This document shows, one piece after another, positions 28,891 to 38,802 of a stretch of 64,000 nucleotides of DNA (position 1 is its first letter; every line of letters begins with the position of its first letter). A program made the translations under genes and the position numbers. The stretch lies in NCBI GenBank assembly GCA_030583745.1, contig CP129473.1, positions 552,211 through 616,210 on the forward strand, in the 5' to 3' direction. Below the pieces are notes generated by a model. The model worked only from the letters and a program-made list of their open reading frames with translations. It did not search any database and was not told the origin of the DNA. Source of the DNA: Minisyncoccota bacterium. GTDB lineage: Bacteria > Patescibacteriota > Minisyncoccia > Phycocordibacterales > BOKC01.

Positions 28891-29415
28891 TTACTTCCGG
28901 TCTTCTGATTTATACATTTCAACCGAGCGTAAAAATGCTTTTTGCGCTTCGTCTTTGCCTTTAAATCCAAGAATCACAACTTCTTTGTTTTGCAGTTTTT
29001 TGTAAGTTGAAAAGAAATGCTCGATTTCTTTTAGAGTGTGCTTGTTTATGTCTGCCAAATCGTGTATTTCGGAAAAACGCGGGTCATCAACTGGAACGGC
29101 AATAATTTTGTCATCGCTATCCCCGCTGTCTGTCATATTTAAAATTGCCACCGGTCTTGCTCGGACTAAAACGGAAGGCAAGAGCGGAAAAGTGGTTAAA
29201 ACTATGACGTCCAAGGCATCGCCGTCATCCCAGAGTGTTTGTGGAACAAAGCCGTAGTCCATCGGATAGTCTTGAGCGGTGTGCATTGTCCGATCCAGAG
29301 CGATTAAGCCGGTTTTTTTATCAATTTCGTATTTATTTTTTGAGCCACGCGGAATTTCAATAATCACATTCATTTTTTCCGCTGTCCCCGGGTCTATGTC
29401 GTGGAGAAGATTCAT
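28891..29415 (-). CDS. ppa: inorganic pyrophosphatase (family I)
   Basis: ...YPMDYGFVPQTL...DGDALDVIVL... active-site region. Confidence 0.9.
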   Translation of the reverse strand: MNLLHDIDPGTAEKMNVIIEIPRGSKNKYEIDKKTGLIALDRTMHTAQDYPMDYGFVPQTLWDDGDALDVIVLTTFPLLPSVLVRARPVAILNMTDSGDSDDKIIAVPVDDPRFSEIHDLADINKHTLKEIEHFFSTYKKLQNKEVVILGFKGKDEAQKAFLRSVEMYKSEDRK

Positions 29416-29439
29416 AATTATTCCGTATTTATATTTTTA

Positions 29440-30618
29440 TTATTCTGTAAGGTTTTCTTTGATCTCTGTTTCTCCCGTTGCATCCGCTTCCGCCAGATTT
29501 TCGCCTTTGGCAGACCTGACATCTATTTTCCAGCCGGTTAATTTGGCGGCCAGTCGGACATTTTGTCCGCCACGGCCAATTGCAAGTGACTGTTGGTCTT
29601 CCGTAACAAACGCTATCGCTTTGTTTTCTTTCTCATCTATCTCAACTTCCATGACTTTAGCAGGCGACAGGGAATCTTCAACAAATTTTTTCGGATCTTC
29701 AGACCATTCTATTATATCAATCTTTTCTCCGCCAAGCTCGGACATTACTGTGGAAACTCTGACTCCGCGCTGGCCGACCATCGAACCGACTGGATCTATG
29801 TGTTCGTCAATTGAGGCGACTGCGATTTTTGAGCGCGAACCGGCTTCTCGGGCGACTGTCTTGACCACTACTGTTTCAGCGCTGATTTCCGGCACTTCAG
29901 CTTCAAAAAGTTTTTCCAAAAACTTCGGGTTTGTTCTGGAGAGTCGTAGAAAAATACCTCTAGCACTTTCTTCTACTTTGTAGAGATACGCCCTGACTCT
30001 TTCTCCCTGTGAAAATCTTTCTCCTGGTATTTGGTCTTCAAAAGATAAAATTCCAGTTGCTTTACCAACATCTATGAATATATTTCCTCTCTCAATTCTC
30101 TGAACCGTTCCACTGACGATTTCCCCTTCTTGTGCACCGTATTCTTTAAGAACCGCCACTTTTTCGGCCTCTCTGATTTTTTGGATTATGACTTGTTTAG
30201 CTGTCTGTGAAGCGATTCTGCCGAAATCCCCCTTAGATTCAAGAGGAAAGACCAATTCTTCGCCGACTTGCGTGTCCTTCTTAACTTTTTTGGCGTCCTC
30301 AATCCAGATATGGTGTTCCGGATTGAATAATTCTTTAACTGGTTCTTTTTCGTCTTGTTGTTCAGCTTTGATTTCCTCTAATGCTTCCTTGTCGGCAACT
30401 GCGGTATTTTCATCCACAACTATCTTTACTTGGAAAAATTGGGCTTGGCCGGTTTGCGGATCAAACTGGGCTTTGATAATTTGACCTCGTTCGCCGTATT
30501 CTTTTTTATAGGCCGTGGCCAAAGCCGACTCTATGGCTTCAAAGGCCTTTTCTTTCGGCACACCCCTTTCTTCTTCAAGCTGTTCTAAAACTGAATTTAT
30601 TACTTTTAGGTCAAACAT
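29440..30618 (-). CDS. nusA: transcription termination/antitermination factor NusA
   Basis: N-terminal NusA domain, S1 domain and two KH domains (...VVKTVAREAGSRSKIAVAS...GRGGQNVRLAAKLTGWKIDV). Confidence 0.9.
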   Translation of the reverse strand: MFDLKVINSVLEQLEEERGVPKEKAFEAIESALATAYKKEYGERGQIIKAQFDPQTGQAQFFQVKIVVDENTAVADKEALEEIKAEQQDEKEPVKELFNPEHHIWIEDAKKVKKDTQVGEELVFPLESKGDFGRIASQTAKQVIIQKIREAEKVAVLKEYGAQEGEIVSGTVQRIERGNIFIDVGKATGILSFEDQIPGERFSQGERVRAYLYKVEESARGIFLRLSRTNPKFLEKLFEAEVPEISAETVVVKTVAREAGSRSKIAVASIDEHIDPVGSMVGQRGVRVSTVMSELGGEKIDIIEWSEDPKKFVEDSLSPAKVMEVEIDEKENKAIAFVTEDQQSLAIGRGGQNVRLAAKLTGWKIDVRSAKGENLAEADATGETEIKENLTE

Positions 30619-30799
30619 TTATTTTATTTATTTTTCTAAAAATTAAGTCCGCCGGAGGGCGAACTTCAAGTGTCCTTATTTTACTCTTTTGCAATTTATT
30701 AGTCAAATTCGGGGTGTAAGAATGGGTGTAATACAACGTCTTCATTGGTGGTCGAAACGAAAGATTACTTTAGATTTTACTTTATAAACAAAGTTAATT

Positions 30800-31579
30800 A
30801 TGAAAAATTCAAAATTTATTAGAGTCAGTTTTTCTGTGGTTTTGGTTTTTGTCTTGGCTTTCGTCGTGTCTGGTGTGGTTTTTGCCCAATCAGACAATGA
30901 TACGAGAGTTAATGACAGGGCAAAATCGATTGAGCCGATTTCAGTAATGCCGGTAAGTTTGCAATTCGGCAATATTCTTAGAGTCGGTTCAGACAACGAA
31001 AATGTCAGACAGTTGCAAGTCAATCTTAAACGCTTGGGTTATTTCCCAGCTGAAGTTTCTGAAACTGGTTTCTTTGGTTCAATAACCGAAGAAGCGGTTA
31101 GAAAATTTCAGATTGCCAGAAGTATTCCTGTTTCAGGAATTGCTGATAGTGTGACTCTTGGCGCTTTGATGAAAACTGCCAACCCAGCTAGAGTTTCTGC
31201 CGAAAGTCTTGTTGGTACACGCTGTCTTGCTGATTGGAATAATGACGGCCTCGTTGATACAAGAGATTTACTGGCTTTCTTGAACGCCTGGTCTGCTAAA
31301 GACATCTCGGCTGATATAAACAGAGATAACGTTGTAGATCACCTAGATTTTGGGATGTTTGTCAGAGTTTGGAATCAGGGCTGTCCCGCACCAAATCTAG
31401 ACAAATGTTCTTCAACTGACTTCAACAAGGACAACGTAATTGATACTAGGGACTTAACCTCTTATCTAAACGCTTGGACTTTGAGAGACATCTCGGCTGA
31501 TATGAATGGCAATGGCTCTGTTGAGCAAGAAGATTTTCAAACCTTCCTTGATCTCTGGAAAGAGTGTTCTGTAAGATAA
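30800..31579 (+). CDS. secreted protein with a peptidoglycan-binding (PG_binding_1-like) domain and dockerin-like repeats
   Basis: Signal peptide; NVRQLQVNLKRLGYFPAEVSETGFFGSITEEAVRKFQ resembles PG_binding_1; DWNNDGLVDTRD, DINRDNVVDHLD and DMNGNGSVEQED repeats. Confidence 0.6.
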   Translation: MKNSKFIRVSFSVVLVFVLAFVVSGVVFAQSDNDTRVNDRAKSIEPISVMPVSLQFGNILRVGSDNENVRQLQVNLKRLGYFPAEVSETGFFGSITEEAVRKFQIARSIPVSGIADSVTLGALMKTANPARVSAESLVGTRCLADWNNDGLVDTRDLLAFLNAWSAKDISADINRDNVVDHLDFGMFVRVWNQGCPAPNLDKCSSTDFNKDNVIDTRDLTSYLNAWTLRDISADMNGNGSVEQEDFQTFLDLWKECSVR

Positions 31580-31615
31580 ATACCGAAACTTGCTTGACTA
31601 AAAATACGAAACAAC

Positions 31616-31665
31616 CCTGCCTTTAGGCGGGGTTGTTTCGTATCTTCCTTTTTTTGATATTTAGT
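31616..31665 (+). terminator. rho-independent terminator
   Basis: ACGAAACAACCCTGCC-TTTA-GGCGGGGTTGTTTCGT long hairpin followed by a T-tract. Confidence 0.7.
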
Positions 31666-31793
31666 GTTAAATTTATTTTGATGAGAATAATAAAGGCTCC
31701 CCGGGGCAAAGCCACAGGGTATTGTCAGAACCCGCTTTACTCGTCCATTCGCGTGACAGAGCCGCGCGGTATTGAACCTATATTAGCTCCTCG

Positions 31794-31877
31794 GCCGTCG
31801 GCACGATGGAGTCGGCCTTTGGCCAGACGAAGTCAGCCGTCGGCACGATGGAGTCGACCTTTGGCCAGACGAAGTCG
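31794..31877. repeat. 2 tandem copies of a 42-nt GC-rich unit in the leader of the downstream gene
   Basis: gccgtcggcacgatggagtcg[g/a]cctttggccagacgaagtc[a/g]; units at 31794..31835 and 31836..31877. Confidence 0.85.
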
Positions 31878-31887
31878 GCTCGGAAAT

Positions 31888-33213
31888 GTGAAAGCTTTGC
31901 TTTCCCATTTCTCTCGCTCTACGTCGCTAATAAAAGGAAGAGTTTTTGTTTATTTTGCTTTTCCCGTTATTTTTTCTATTCTATTTTCTGTCGGTCTAAA
32001 TTCTGCCAATGCCCAGATTGGTGGTGGGGTTCCAACTTTTACAAAACTTTATGGCGCCGCTTGGTCTTCTAATATCGGCTGGATAAGTTTCAATTCTTGC
32101 GAGGTGGATTTGTCGGAAGGAGCGGAGGACTGCCCACCGGGGGTTTCGTATTCTGTCCAAGTAAATAATGAGACAGGTCTTATGACCGGCACCGCTTGGT
32201 CTCCCAATGTTGGCTGGCTACAATTTGGCGGTTTGTCTGGTTTTCCTGAAGGCGGTGGTACTGAAGCGACCAATGCCAAAATTGTGCTTTCACAGGGAGC
32301 GTCCTTCGGGAAGGTTGAGGGCTGGGCTAGATTTTTAGCTGGTACGGATGACCCGGATGACGGCTGGGATGGTTGGGTTTCAATGTCAGGAACTAATTAT
32401 CCATCCCCGCAAAGTAATGGTAACGGCGGAGTAACTTATAATGCGGAGCTCGGTAAATTACTTGGTGCTGCTTGGGGTGGGCCGGTTGTCGGTTGGATTT
32501 ATTTTGGCGATACGACGGGTGATTGGCCGAATGTTTGGTATGGCTTGCCAGACGCAGTGCCGGACGAGTTTGATTATTCTCTAGACTCTTCGTCTCCTAA
32601 TTATGAAATTTCAATTCCTGCGGGTGGATCAGGAGATGTTACTGTTTCTATAGATTTAGAGAGTGGGGAACCAGAAAGCGTAGAATTGTCGTATCCGGTA
32701 AATCCCAACGACGGCATCTCTGTTTCTAAAGTTGGTGGTGATGAAAATCCTTGTGTACCAATGCAAAATGACAGTTGCGAGATTATTCTTCGGATAAGTG
32801 TTGGGGGTGATGTGGAGGAAGGAGAATACGAATTTATTGTTTCCGGAACTCCATTAGATAAAAACACAACGGTGAGATTTTCTGTGCCCGCTCCGCAACC
32901 GCCACCGCCGGTCGTAAATTGCTCGGCTGAAGGTGGAATAGCCGGCGGGAAATTCTTCTTTTTAGACGAAACGCCAGTTAATTGGAGTGCTTCCATATCT
33001 ATAACAGGAGAGGGTGAGCCGGAAGAGCCGGAATATGTTTGGCGGAGCGATGGTATAGTTGTGGCTGATTGTGATGATGACGACGAGTGCGAATTGTCTT
33101 ATACGACCGTCGGTCCAAAATTGACTGAAATATCAATTGACGGCGGTTTGGAATTCTATCAATGTGACCCAATATTTATAATCCCGAGAAGTATCTTCTT
33201 TATAGAAATTTAA
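31888..33213 (+). CDS. secreted repeat protein with a GxAWSxNxGW(I/L)xF motif repeated three times; start position uncertain
   Basis: The ORF is open from 31633, but its first ~85 codons cover a GC-rich repeat region (SARWSRPLARRS x2) that reads like non-coding sequence. In-frame GTG (31888) or TTG (31897) would give a signal peptide (...VFVYFAFPVIFSILFSVGLNSANA-Q). Confidence 0.5.
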   Translation: MKALLSHFSRSTSLIKGRVFVYFAFPVIFSILFSVGLNSANAQIGGGVPTFTKLYGAAWSSNIGWISFNSCEVDLSEGAEDCPPGVSYSVQVNNETGLMTGTAWSPNVGWLQFGGLSGFPEGGGTEATNAKIVLSQGASFGKVEGWARFLAGTDDPDDGWDGWVSMSGTNYPSPQSNGNGGVTYNAELGKLLGAAWGGPVVGWIYFGDTTGDWPNVWYGLPDAVPDEFDYSLDSSSPNYEISIPAGGSGDVTVSIDLESGEPESVELSYPVNPNDGISVSKVGGDENPCVPMQNDSCEIILRISVGGDVEEGEYEFIVSGTPLDKNTTVRFSVPAPQPPPPVVNCSAEGGIAGGKFFFLDETPVNWSASISITGEGEPEEPEYVWRSDGIVVADCDDDDECELSYTTVGPKLTEISIDGGLEFYQCDPIFIIPRSIFFIEI

Positions 33214-33222
33214 TAAAAAACT

Positions 33223-33561
33223 ATGGTTCATAAAGTTTATTCTGAAGAATTGGAAAAGAGATTAAAAAGAGTAAAATGGTATTATCTCGGACTTTTCTCT
33301 GCTATTTCTGTTGCCATTATTTTATTACTTATAGTTATTAGGTCCGAAACCCGTTTTTTTGTTGAGGTGCAGGAGACGAGGGTTAGTTTGACAGCCGAAG
33401 AAAGGACAGAGATTGAAAATCGACTACTGGCTGGTTGGGCGAAAAGAGATTTGGGTTTTAACGAGCGCAGGGAGATCGAAATAAAGGTCTTGGGGGCGGA
33501 TGTGGAAGCTAAAGTTTTATCGCCAGAGGAAAGAGAAAAAATTGAAGAGCGTTTAAAATGA
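33223..33561 (+). CDS. hypothetical small membrane protein
   Basis: One TM helix (YYLGLFSAISVAIILLLIVI); 112 aa. Confidence 0.45.
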   Translation: MVHKVYSEELEKRLKRVKWYYLGLFSAISVAIILLLIVIRSETRFFVEVQETRVSLTAEERTEIENRLLAGWAKRDLGFNERREIEIKVLGADVEAKVLSPEEREKIEERLK

Positions 33562-33610
33562 TTAAAAATTATAATTTAATTTTCAAGTCTGACTTGAAAC
33601 TTTAAAAATT

Positions 33611-34192
33611 ATGAAAAAATATTTAACAAGCGTAAAAATTGTAATTCTGGCCGGCGCATTATCGGTCGGAGTCGGTTTTGTCTTGGCACAATGGACACCA
33701 CCAGGGCAACCTTTTCCAGATGGTAATACGCCACCTCCGGTGAATGTTGGTTCAAGTGAACAGGTCAAAGAAGGTTCTTTTTGGGCGAACTTTATCGGCT
33801 CACAAGGTCCGGCTTATGTTGCTGGAAATTTTGAAGTCGGCAGTCGGCTGACAATTGCCGGTGGTGATCCGGAAGCTACTAAAATTTTAGTAGCTGAAAA
33901 CAACGAAGGGCTGGTGGCTTGGAGCAGTGTCAGTTCTTTTTCCTGTGAGAGAAGAACAAGCACTTCTGCCAATTCTTCAACCGCTTCGGTCTCCTGTGTG
34001 CCCGGGGAAATTTTAACTGGCGGAGGCGGGGATTGTGGTAATCGGACCATGAATTACTCAAGACCCCATGCAACTCAAGAGAGGTGGGAGGTTCAGTGCG
34101 CACAAATTGCGACTTCGGTTTCTGCAATGGCAATTTGTTGTGAACCAAATTTGAGATTTCTTGATGTTGGTGGGCCAATGCAACCTATTTAA
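33611..34192 (+). CDS. hypothetical secreted Cys-containing protein
   Basis: Signal peptide MKKYLTSVKIVILAGALSVGVGFVLA; 193 aa. Confidence 0.5.
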   Translation: MKKYLTSVKIVILAGALSVGVGFVLAQWTPPGQPFPDGNTPPPVNVGSSEQVKEGSFWANFIGSQGPAYVAGNFEVGSRLTIAGGDPEATKILVAENNEGLVAWSSVSSFSCERRTSTSANSSTASVSCVPGEILTGGGGDCGNRTMNYSRPHATQERWEVQCAQIATSVSAMAICCEPNLRFLDVGGPMQPI

Positions 34193-34204
34193 AAAAATGT
34201 GAAC

Positions 34205-34233
34205 AAAAAACCCCGCTTTCGCGGGGTTTTTTG
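34205..34233 (+). terminator. rho-independent terminator
   Basis: AAAAAA-CCCCGC-TTTC-GCGGGG-TTTTTTG. Confidence 0.8.
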
Positions 34234-34272
34234 TTATAATTCAATTGTAGAAATTTTTCTTAAACATTTTTT

Positions 34273-36024
34273 ATGCACGTTAACTCGGAACAATTAAAAG
34301 AATTTATCGTTGACTCCGGTCTAATTTCTCAAAAGGATTTAAAAGAAGCGGAAAAAAAATCTAAATCTGAAAAAAAACAACTGGAAGACGTGCTTCTTAA
34401 AAATAATTTGTTAAATACCGATGAGCTTCGGAGGATTCAAGCTATGGTTTTAGGCATTCCCTTTGTAGATCTTAAAAATCAAAAGATTGATTTTGAAGTT
34501 TTGTCTCTAATTCCGGAGCCGGTGGCTAGAAGTCACAGCATTGTGGCTTTTCGAAAGACTAAAGATTCTCTTGAGGTGGCAATGCTTGATACTGATGATT
34601 TACCAGCGATTGATTTTGTCAGGAAGCGGGTTGGCTTGAAGATTCTACCCCGCTTGACCAATGAAGAGTCAATTAGAGATGTTATTCTCCAGTATCAAAA
34701 ATCACTTAAAGCTGAATTCGGAGAAATAATCAAAAAAGAATCAGATTCTCTGAAAATGGTGACAGAAGGCGGACCCGAGGAGATGTCGGGCGACGATTTG
34801 AAAAAGCTGGCGGAGGATTTGCCGGTCGTAAGGATTGTTGACACTCTTCTCAAACACGCAATTATTCAAAAGGCGTCCGATATTCATATTGAACCACTGG
34901 AGAGCCAAGTTGTTGTTCGTTATCGCATAGATGGAATTTTGCGCGATGCGATGGTTTTGCCGAAAAATGTCGCTTTAAGCATAATTGCTAGAATAAAAGT
35001 TCTTGCTAACTTGAAATTGGATGAAAAGCGCTTGCCGCAAGACGGTCGTTTCAGGATTGATATGGCCAGCGAGAAAGTTTCTTTTCGCGTCTCAACTCTG
35101 CCGGTGTATTACGGAGAAAAAGCTGTTATGCGCCTTTTGCGCGAGAACGCCTCCGGTTTTACTTTGGAATTACTTGGTTTTCACGGTGAGGCCCTAGAAA
35201 GAATTCACACTGCCACACGGCTTTCAAACGGAATGATTTTGACCACCGGTCCGACCGGTTCCGGAAAAACCACAACTTTGTATTCGGTTTTAGAAATTTT
35301 GAATACCCCGGATGTAAATATTTCAACCATTGAGGATCCAGTTGAATATCAAATGAATAGAGTGAATCAAACCCAGGTCAAACCGGAAATTGGACTGACT
35401 TTTGCTGCCGGATTGAGAACTCTTGTCCGTCAAGATCCAGACATAATTATGGTTGGCGAAATTCGAGACAATGAGACAGCTTCTTTGGCGGTCAACGCCG
35501 CCCTGACTGGTCATTTAGTGTTGTCCACTTTGCACACCAATTCGGCTGCGGGCGCTATTCCTCGTCTGATCGACATGAAGGTTGAGCCGTTTCTTATTGT
35601 TTCAACCGTTAATGTTGTGATTGCTCAACGCTTGGTTAGAAAATTAACGGAAAAAAGGGAGAAACATTTTCTGACTCAAGCCGAATTAGACAATTTAGGC
35701 AAAATGGTTGATCTGGAAAGAATTTTGGATTTTCTTAAAGAGGAAAAAATTGTTGACGCAAAAGCCGATTGGAAAGAAATTCCTTTTTTCAAACCAAAGC
35801 CGGGTGAAGAATCGGAAGATGGATTTAGCGGTAGAATCGGAATATATGAAGTTTTAAAAATCTCACCTTCTATAAAAGAATTAATCTTACAGAGTAAAAC
35901 CGACAAAGAAATAGAAGAGCGAGCTAAAAAAGAGGGAATGATGACAATGATTGAAGATGGGATTTTTAAGGCGGTTCAGGGCTACACTACTATTGAAGAG
36001 ATTTTAAGGGTTATTTCAGAATAA
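34273..36024 (+). CDS. pilB: GspE/PilB-family type IV pilus assembly ATPase (full length, with N-terminal GSPII_E_N domain)
   Basis: 583 aa; Walker A GPTGSGKTTTLYS; N-terminal domain present; no tetracysteine motif. Confidence 0.85.
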   Translation: MHVNSEQLKEFIVDSGLISQKDLKEAEKKSKSEKKQLEDVLLKNNLLNTDELRRIQAMVLGIPFVDLKNQKIDFEVLSLIPEPVARSHSIVAFRKTKDSLEVAMLDTDDLPAIDFVRKRVGLKILPRLTNEESIRDVILQYQKSLKAEFGEIIKKESDSLKMVTEGGPEEMSGDDLKKLAEDLPVVRIVDTLLKHAIIQKASDIHIEPLESQVVVRYRIDGILRDAMVLPKNVALSIIARIKVLANLKLDEKRLPQDGRFRIDMASEKVSFRVSTLPVYYGEKAVMRLLRENASGFTLELLGFHGEALERIHTATRLSNGMILTTGPTGSGKTTTLYSVLEILNTPDVNISTIEDPVEYQMNRVNQTQVKPEIGLTFAAGLRTLVRQDPDIIMVGEIRDNETASLAVNAALTGHLVLSTLHTNSAAGAIPRLIDMKVEPFLIVSTVNVVIAQRLVRKLTEKREKHFLTQAELDNLGKMVDLERILDFLKEEKIVDAKADWKEIPFFKPKPGEESEDGFSGRIGIYEVLKISPSIKELILQSKTDKEIEERAKKEGMMTMIEDGIFKAVQGYTTIEEILRVISE

Positions 36025-36031
36025 AAATAAA

Positions 36032-37255
36032 ATGAAATTTAATTTCAAAGCGATTAAATCAACAGGCGAGCGTTATGAAGGTGTCAGGGAGGCAGTTGAC
36101 GAGCGCTCTCTTTATAGTGAATTGAAAAAAGCGGGAGATACTGTAATTTCAGTTTTTGAAGTTAAAGGTAAAAAGAAGAATTCTTTGGTGGCGAGTTTGT
36201 CCGGACTTTTTGGACGAGTTGGAGCATCTGAAAAAATAAATTTTGCGAAGAATCTCGGTTCGATGATTGATTCGGGGTTGCCAATGACGCGCTCTCTTTC
36301 GGTTTTGGAAAGGCAAACTAGAAACAAAAAATTCAAAACAATAATTTCACGGATTCAACAAGGCGTTGGTCGCGGTGAATCTTTGAGTGAGTCGGTGACG
36401 CAATTTCCCGAAGTTTTCTCGCCCCTCTTTGTTTCTATGGTTAAGGCGGGCGAAGAAAGCGGAAGTATCGCTAAATCGCTTAAGTCTGTATCTGAACAAA
36501 TGGAAAGAACACGTCTTTTGGTCAGCAGGTTGAGGGGGGCAATGATTTATCCGGCGATCGTAATCTCGGTAATGCTTATAATCAGTGTTTTGTTGCTTAT
36601 CTTTCTGGTACCAACTTTGACCCAGACTTTTTCCGAGCTTGATCTGGATTTGCCCTTGAGCACCAGAATAATAATTGGCTTAAGTAGCTTTCTTAAAGAA
36701 AATACTTTTTCTTCTTTGCTTATCTTGGTTTTTCTAGTTTCTTCAATGGCTTTTATTTTCCGGACGAAAGGTGGTAGAAGAGTGTTGAGTTTCAGTTTTC
36801 TTAAAATGCCGGTGATTTCAGCTTTGATAAAAGAAAGCAATTCCGCCCGCACAGCTCGCACGCTTTCAAGTTTATTATCCGCTGGAGTTGATTTTTTGGT
36901 TGCGATTCAGATAACTCAAGAGGTTGTTCAAAACCCCTTCTACAAAAAAGTCTTGAAAAAAGCCGAGGAGAATGTGAAAAAAGGCGATTCCATTGCTTCG
37001 GTTTTCTTGGAAAAGAACGCTCAGAATTTGTATCCGCCTTTTGTCGGCGAAATGGTTTCTATTGGGGAAGAAACTGGGAAGCTTTCGGAAATGTTTTCCA
37101 ATATCGCCGATTTTTATGAAGAAGAAGTCAATCAAAAGACCAAGAATTTTTCTACGATTGTTGAACCGGTTTTGATGGTTTTTATCGGACTCTTTGTTGG
37201 TATTTTTGCTGTCTCAATGCTCGGTCCGATTTACTCGCTCGTTGATGCACTGTAG
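36032..37255 (+). CDS. pilC: PilC/GspF-family platform protein
   Basis: 407 aa, polytopic, duplicated GspF domains. Confidence 0.8.
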   Translation: MKFNFKAIKSTGERYEGVREAVDERSLYSELKKAGDTVISVFEVKGKKKNSLVASLSGLFGRVGASEKINFAKNLGSMIDSGLPMTRSLSVLERQTRNKKFKTIISRIQQGVGRGESLSESVTQFPEVFSPLFVSMVKAGEESGSIAKSLKSVSEQMERTRLLVSRLRGAMIYPAIVISVMLIISVLLLIFLVPTLTQTFSELDLDLPLSTRIIIGLSSFLKENTFSSLLILVFLVSSMAFIFRTKGGRRVLSFSFLKMPVISALIKESNSARTARTLSSLLSAGVDFLVAIQITQEVVQNPFYKKVLKKAEENVKKGDSIASVFLEKNAQNLYPPFVGEMVSIGEETGKLSEMFSNIADFYEEEVNQKTKNFSTIVEPVLMVFIGLFVGIFAVSMLGPIYSLVDAL

Positions 37256-37293
37256 AATAACAATCAGTTTTTGTGCAGAAGGTTTAGCTTTTT

Positions 37294-37791
37294 ATGTCAA
37301 AAATCAAAAATCAAAAATCTTTTTTTAAGCAGGGTTTTACTCTTCTTGAAATTCTTGTTGTCATCGTTATTGTCACCATCTTATCGTTTATTTCCTACGC
37401 TTCTTTTGCCGCCTTGCATAAAAACAGAATATTAGAAAAAGAAGCGGGTGTTGTAGTTTCTGTGCTCGAAGAAGCGCGCTCTCTCTCAATTTCTTCAAAA
37501 GATGCCTCACAATACGGAGTTTTTTTTGAAGTTGGGGGCAATACAATAGCTTTGTTTTCCGGAGCTAATTATTCTCCCGAGTCGCAAGACAACAAAGTTT
37601 ATATTTTAGATGAACTGGTTGTCATTTCTGGAGTAAATTTGGTCGGTGGGGAGACCGACACAGTTGTTTTCCAAAGATTGACTGGCGCGACTGATCAACA
37701 TGGGACAATTGTTATTGCTCGCACTCAAGATTCAGAGGACAATATTACTATCGCTGTCTATCCGACCGGTGTAATAGAGAGATTAGAATAG
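37294..37791 (+). CDS. prepilin-type pseudopilin
   Basis: KQGFTLLEILVVIVIV N-terminal motif. Confidence 0.7.
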   Translation: MSKIKNQKSFFKQGFTLLEILVVIVIVTILSFISYASFAALHKNRILEKEAGVVVSVLEEARSLSISSKDASQYGVFFEVGGNTIALFSGANYSPESQDNKVYILDELVVISGVNLVGGETDTVVFQRLTGATDQHGTIVIARTQDSEDNITIAVYPTGVIERLE

Positions 37792-37803
37792 TCTAATATT
37801 TTT

Positions 37804-38280
37804 ATGAAGAATAGAAACAATAGAGGGTTGACTGTTGTGGAGCTTTTGGTGGCAGTTGCGATTATAACGGTTTTTATAACCTCAATTGCTTATTCGTATT
37901 CGGCTATTTTGCGATTGGCTTTTAATAACACACTAAGCATTAAAGCTGCTTTTCTGCTTGAGGATACGGTAGAAGCGGTAAAATTTTTGAAAAGAGTCAG
38001 CTGGCAAAATAATATCGCCGTCCTTGATTCAGATCAGGATTATTTTTTGAGTTTTACAGGTAGCGGTTGGGAGGTAGTTTCAGAAAATATTTTTATTGAC
38101 GGGGTTTTTGAGAGAAAGTTTATTTTGGAAGATGTTAATCGTGACTCTGACGGTCGAGTCGTTGAATCGCCGAGCGGTACGCTTGATGCTGGCACCAAAA
38201 AATTAACCGCTTATGTTTCTTGGCAGAAAAGTAGTGCCACTACCACGCGTTCTATTACAACGTATCTATCAGATATATGA
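37804..38280 (+). CDS. prepilin-type pseudopilin
   Basis: NRGLTVVELLVAVAII N-terminal motif. Confidence 0.65.
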   Translation: MKNRNNRGLTVVELLVAVAIITVFITSIAYSYSAILRLAFNNTLSIKAAFLLEDTVEAVKFLKRVSWQNNIAVLDSDQDYFLSFTGSGWEVVSENIFIDGVFERKFILEDVNRDSDGRVVESPSGTLDAGTKKLTAYVSWQKSSATTTRSITTYLSDI

Positions 38281-38789
38281 AAACAGGTCTCAAAAAAACA
38301 AAATCTGGTTTTTCTCTAATTGAGATGGTGATATATATTGCTATTATGGCTTTGATTTTGGTTGTTGTCGTCAATACTCTTTCAGTGATGATTTTGTCTC
38401 AAAAAAAGATAAAAAATCACAGAGTTATAGAACATTCATCTTCGGTGGCCTTAGAACGTTTGACTCGAGAGATAAAGAGTTCCAAGAGAATCGACTTTGA
38501 CCAAAGCGTGTTTGGTTCTAATCCCGGCCGGCTCGTACTTGAAGTCGAAAATCTGATTGGTGAATCAAGAGAGATTGAGTTTTTTGTCGAGGACAGTATT
38601 TTAAAATTTAGAGATGGTGAATTAGTCGCGCCGCTAATTGATTCGCGAGCTACAATTGGAAGTTTTCTGCTCTATAGCTTGTCGGAAGACGGTGCGCAGG
38701 CCGTCCGGATTGCTCTGACAATAGAAGCTGGCTCTGGTGAGTTTGCTAAGACCGAAACATTTTACGCTAGCGCTTTAATGCGTAATTAA
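38277..38789 (+). CDS. prepilin-type pseudopilin
   Basis: KSGFSLIEMVIYIAIM N-terminal motif. Confidence 0.7.
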   Translation: MKTGLKKTKSGFSLIEMVIYIAIMALILVVVVNTLSVMILSQKKIKNHRVIEHSSSVALERLTREIKSSKRIDFDQSVFGSNPGRLVLEVENLIGESREIEFFVEDSILKFRDGELVAPLIDSRATIGSFLLYSLSEDGAQAVRIALTIEAGSGEFAKTETFYASALMRN

Positions 38790-38802
38790 ACAAGTTTGTT
38801 TT

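Noticed and set aside
31633-31887. First 85 codons of the ORF-track protein starting MFRIFLFLIF...SARWSRPLARRS
   Set aside because: The region is GC-rich and repeat-containing, follows a terminator, and gives a low-complexity translation. A downstream in-frame GTG/TTG gives a proper signal peptide instead.
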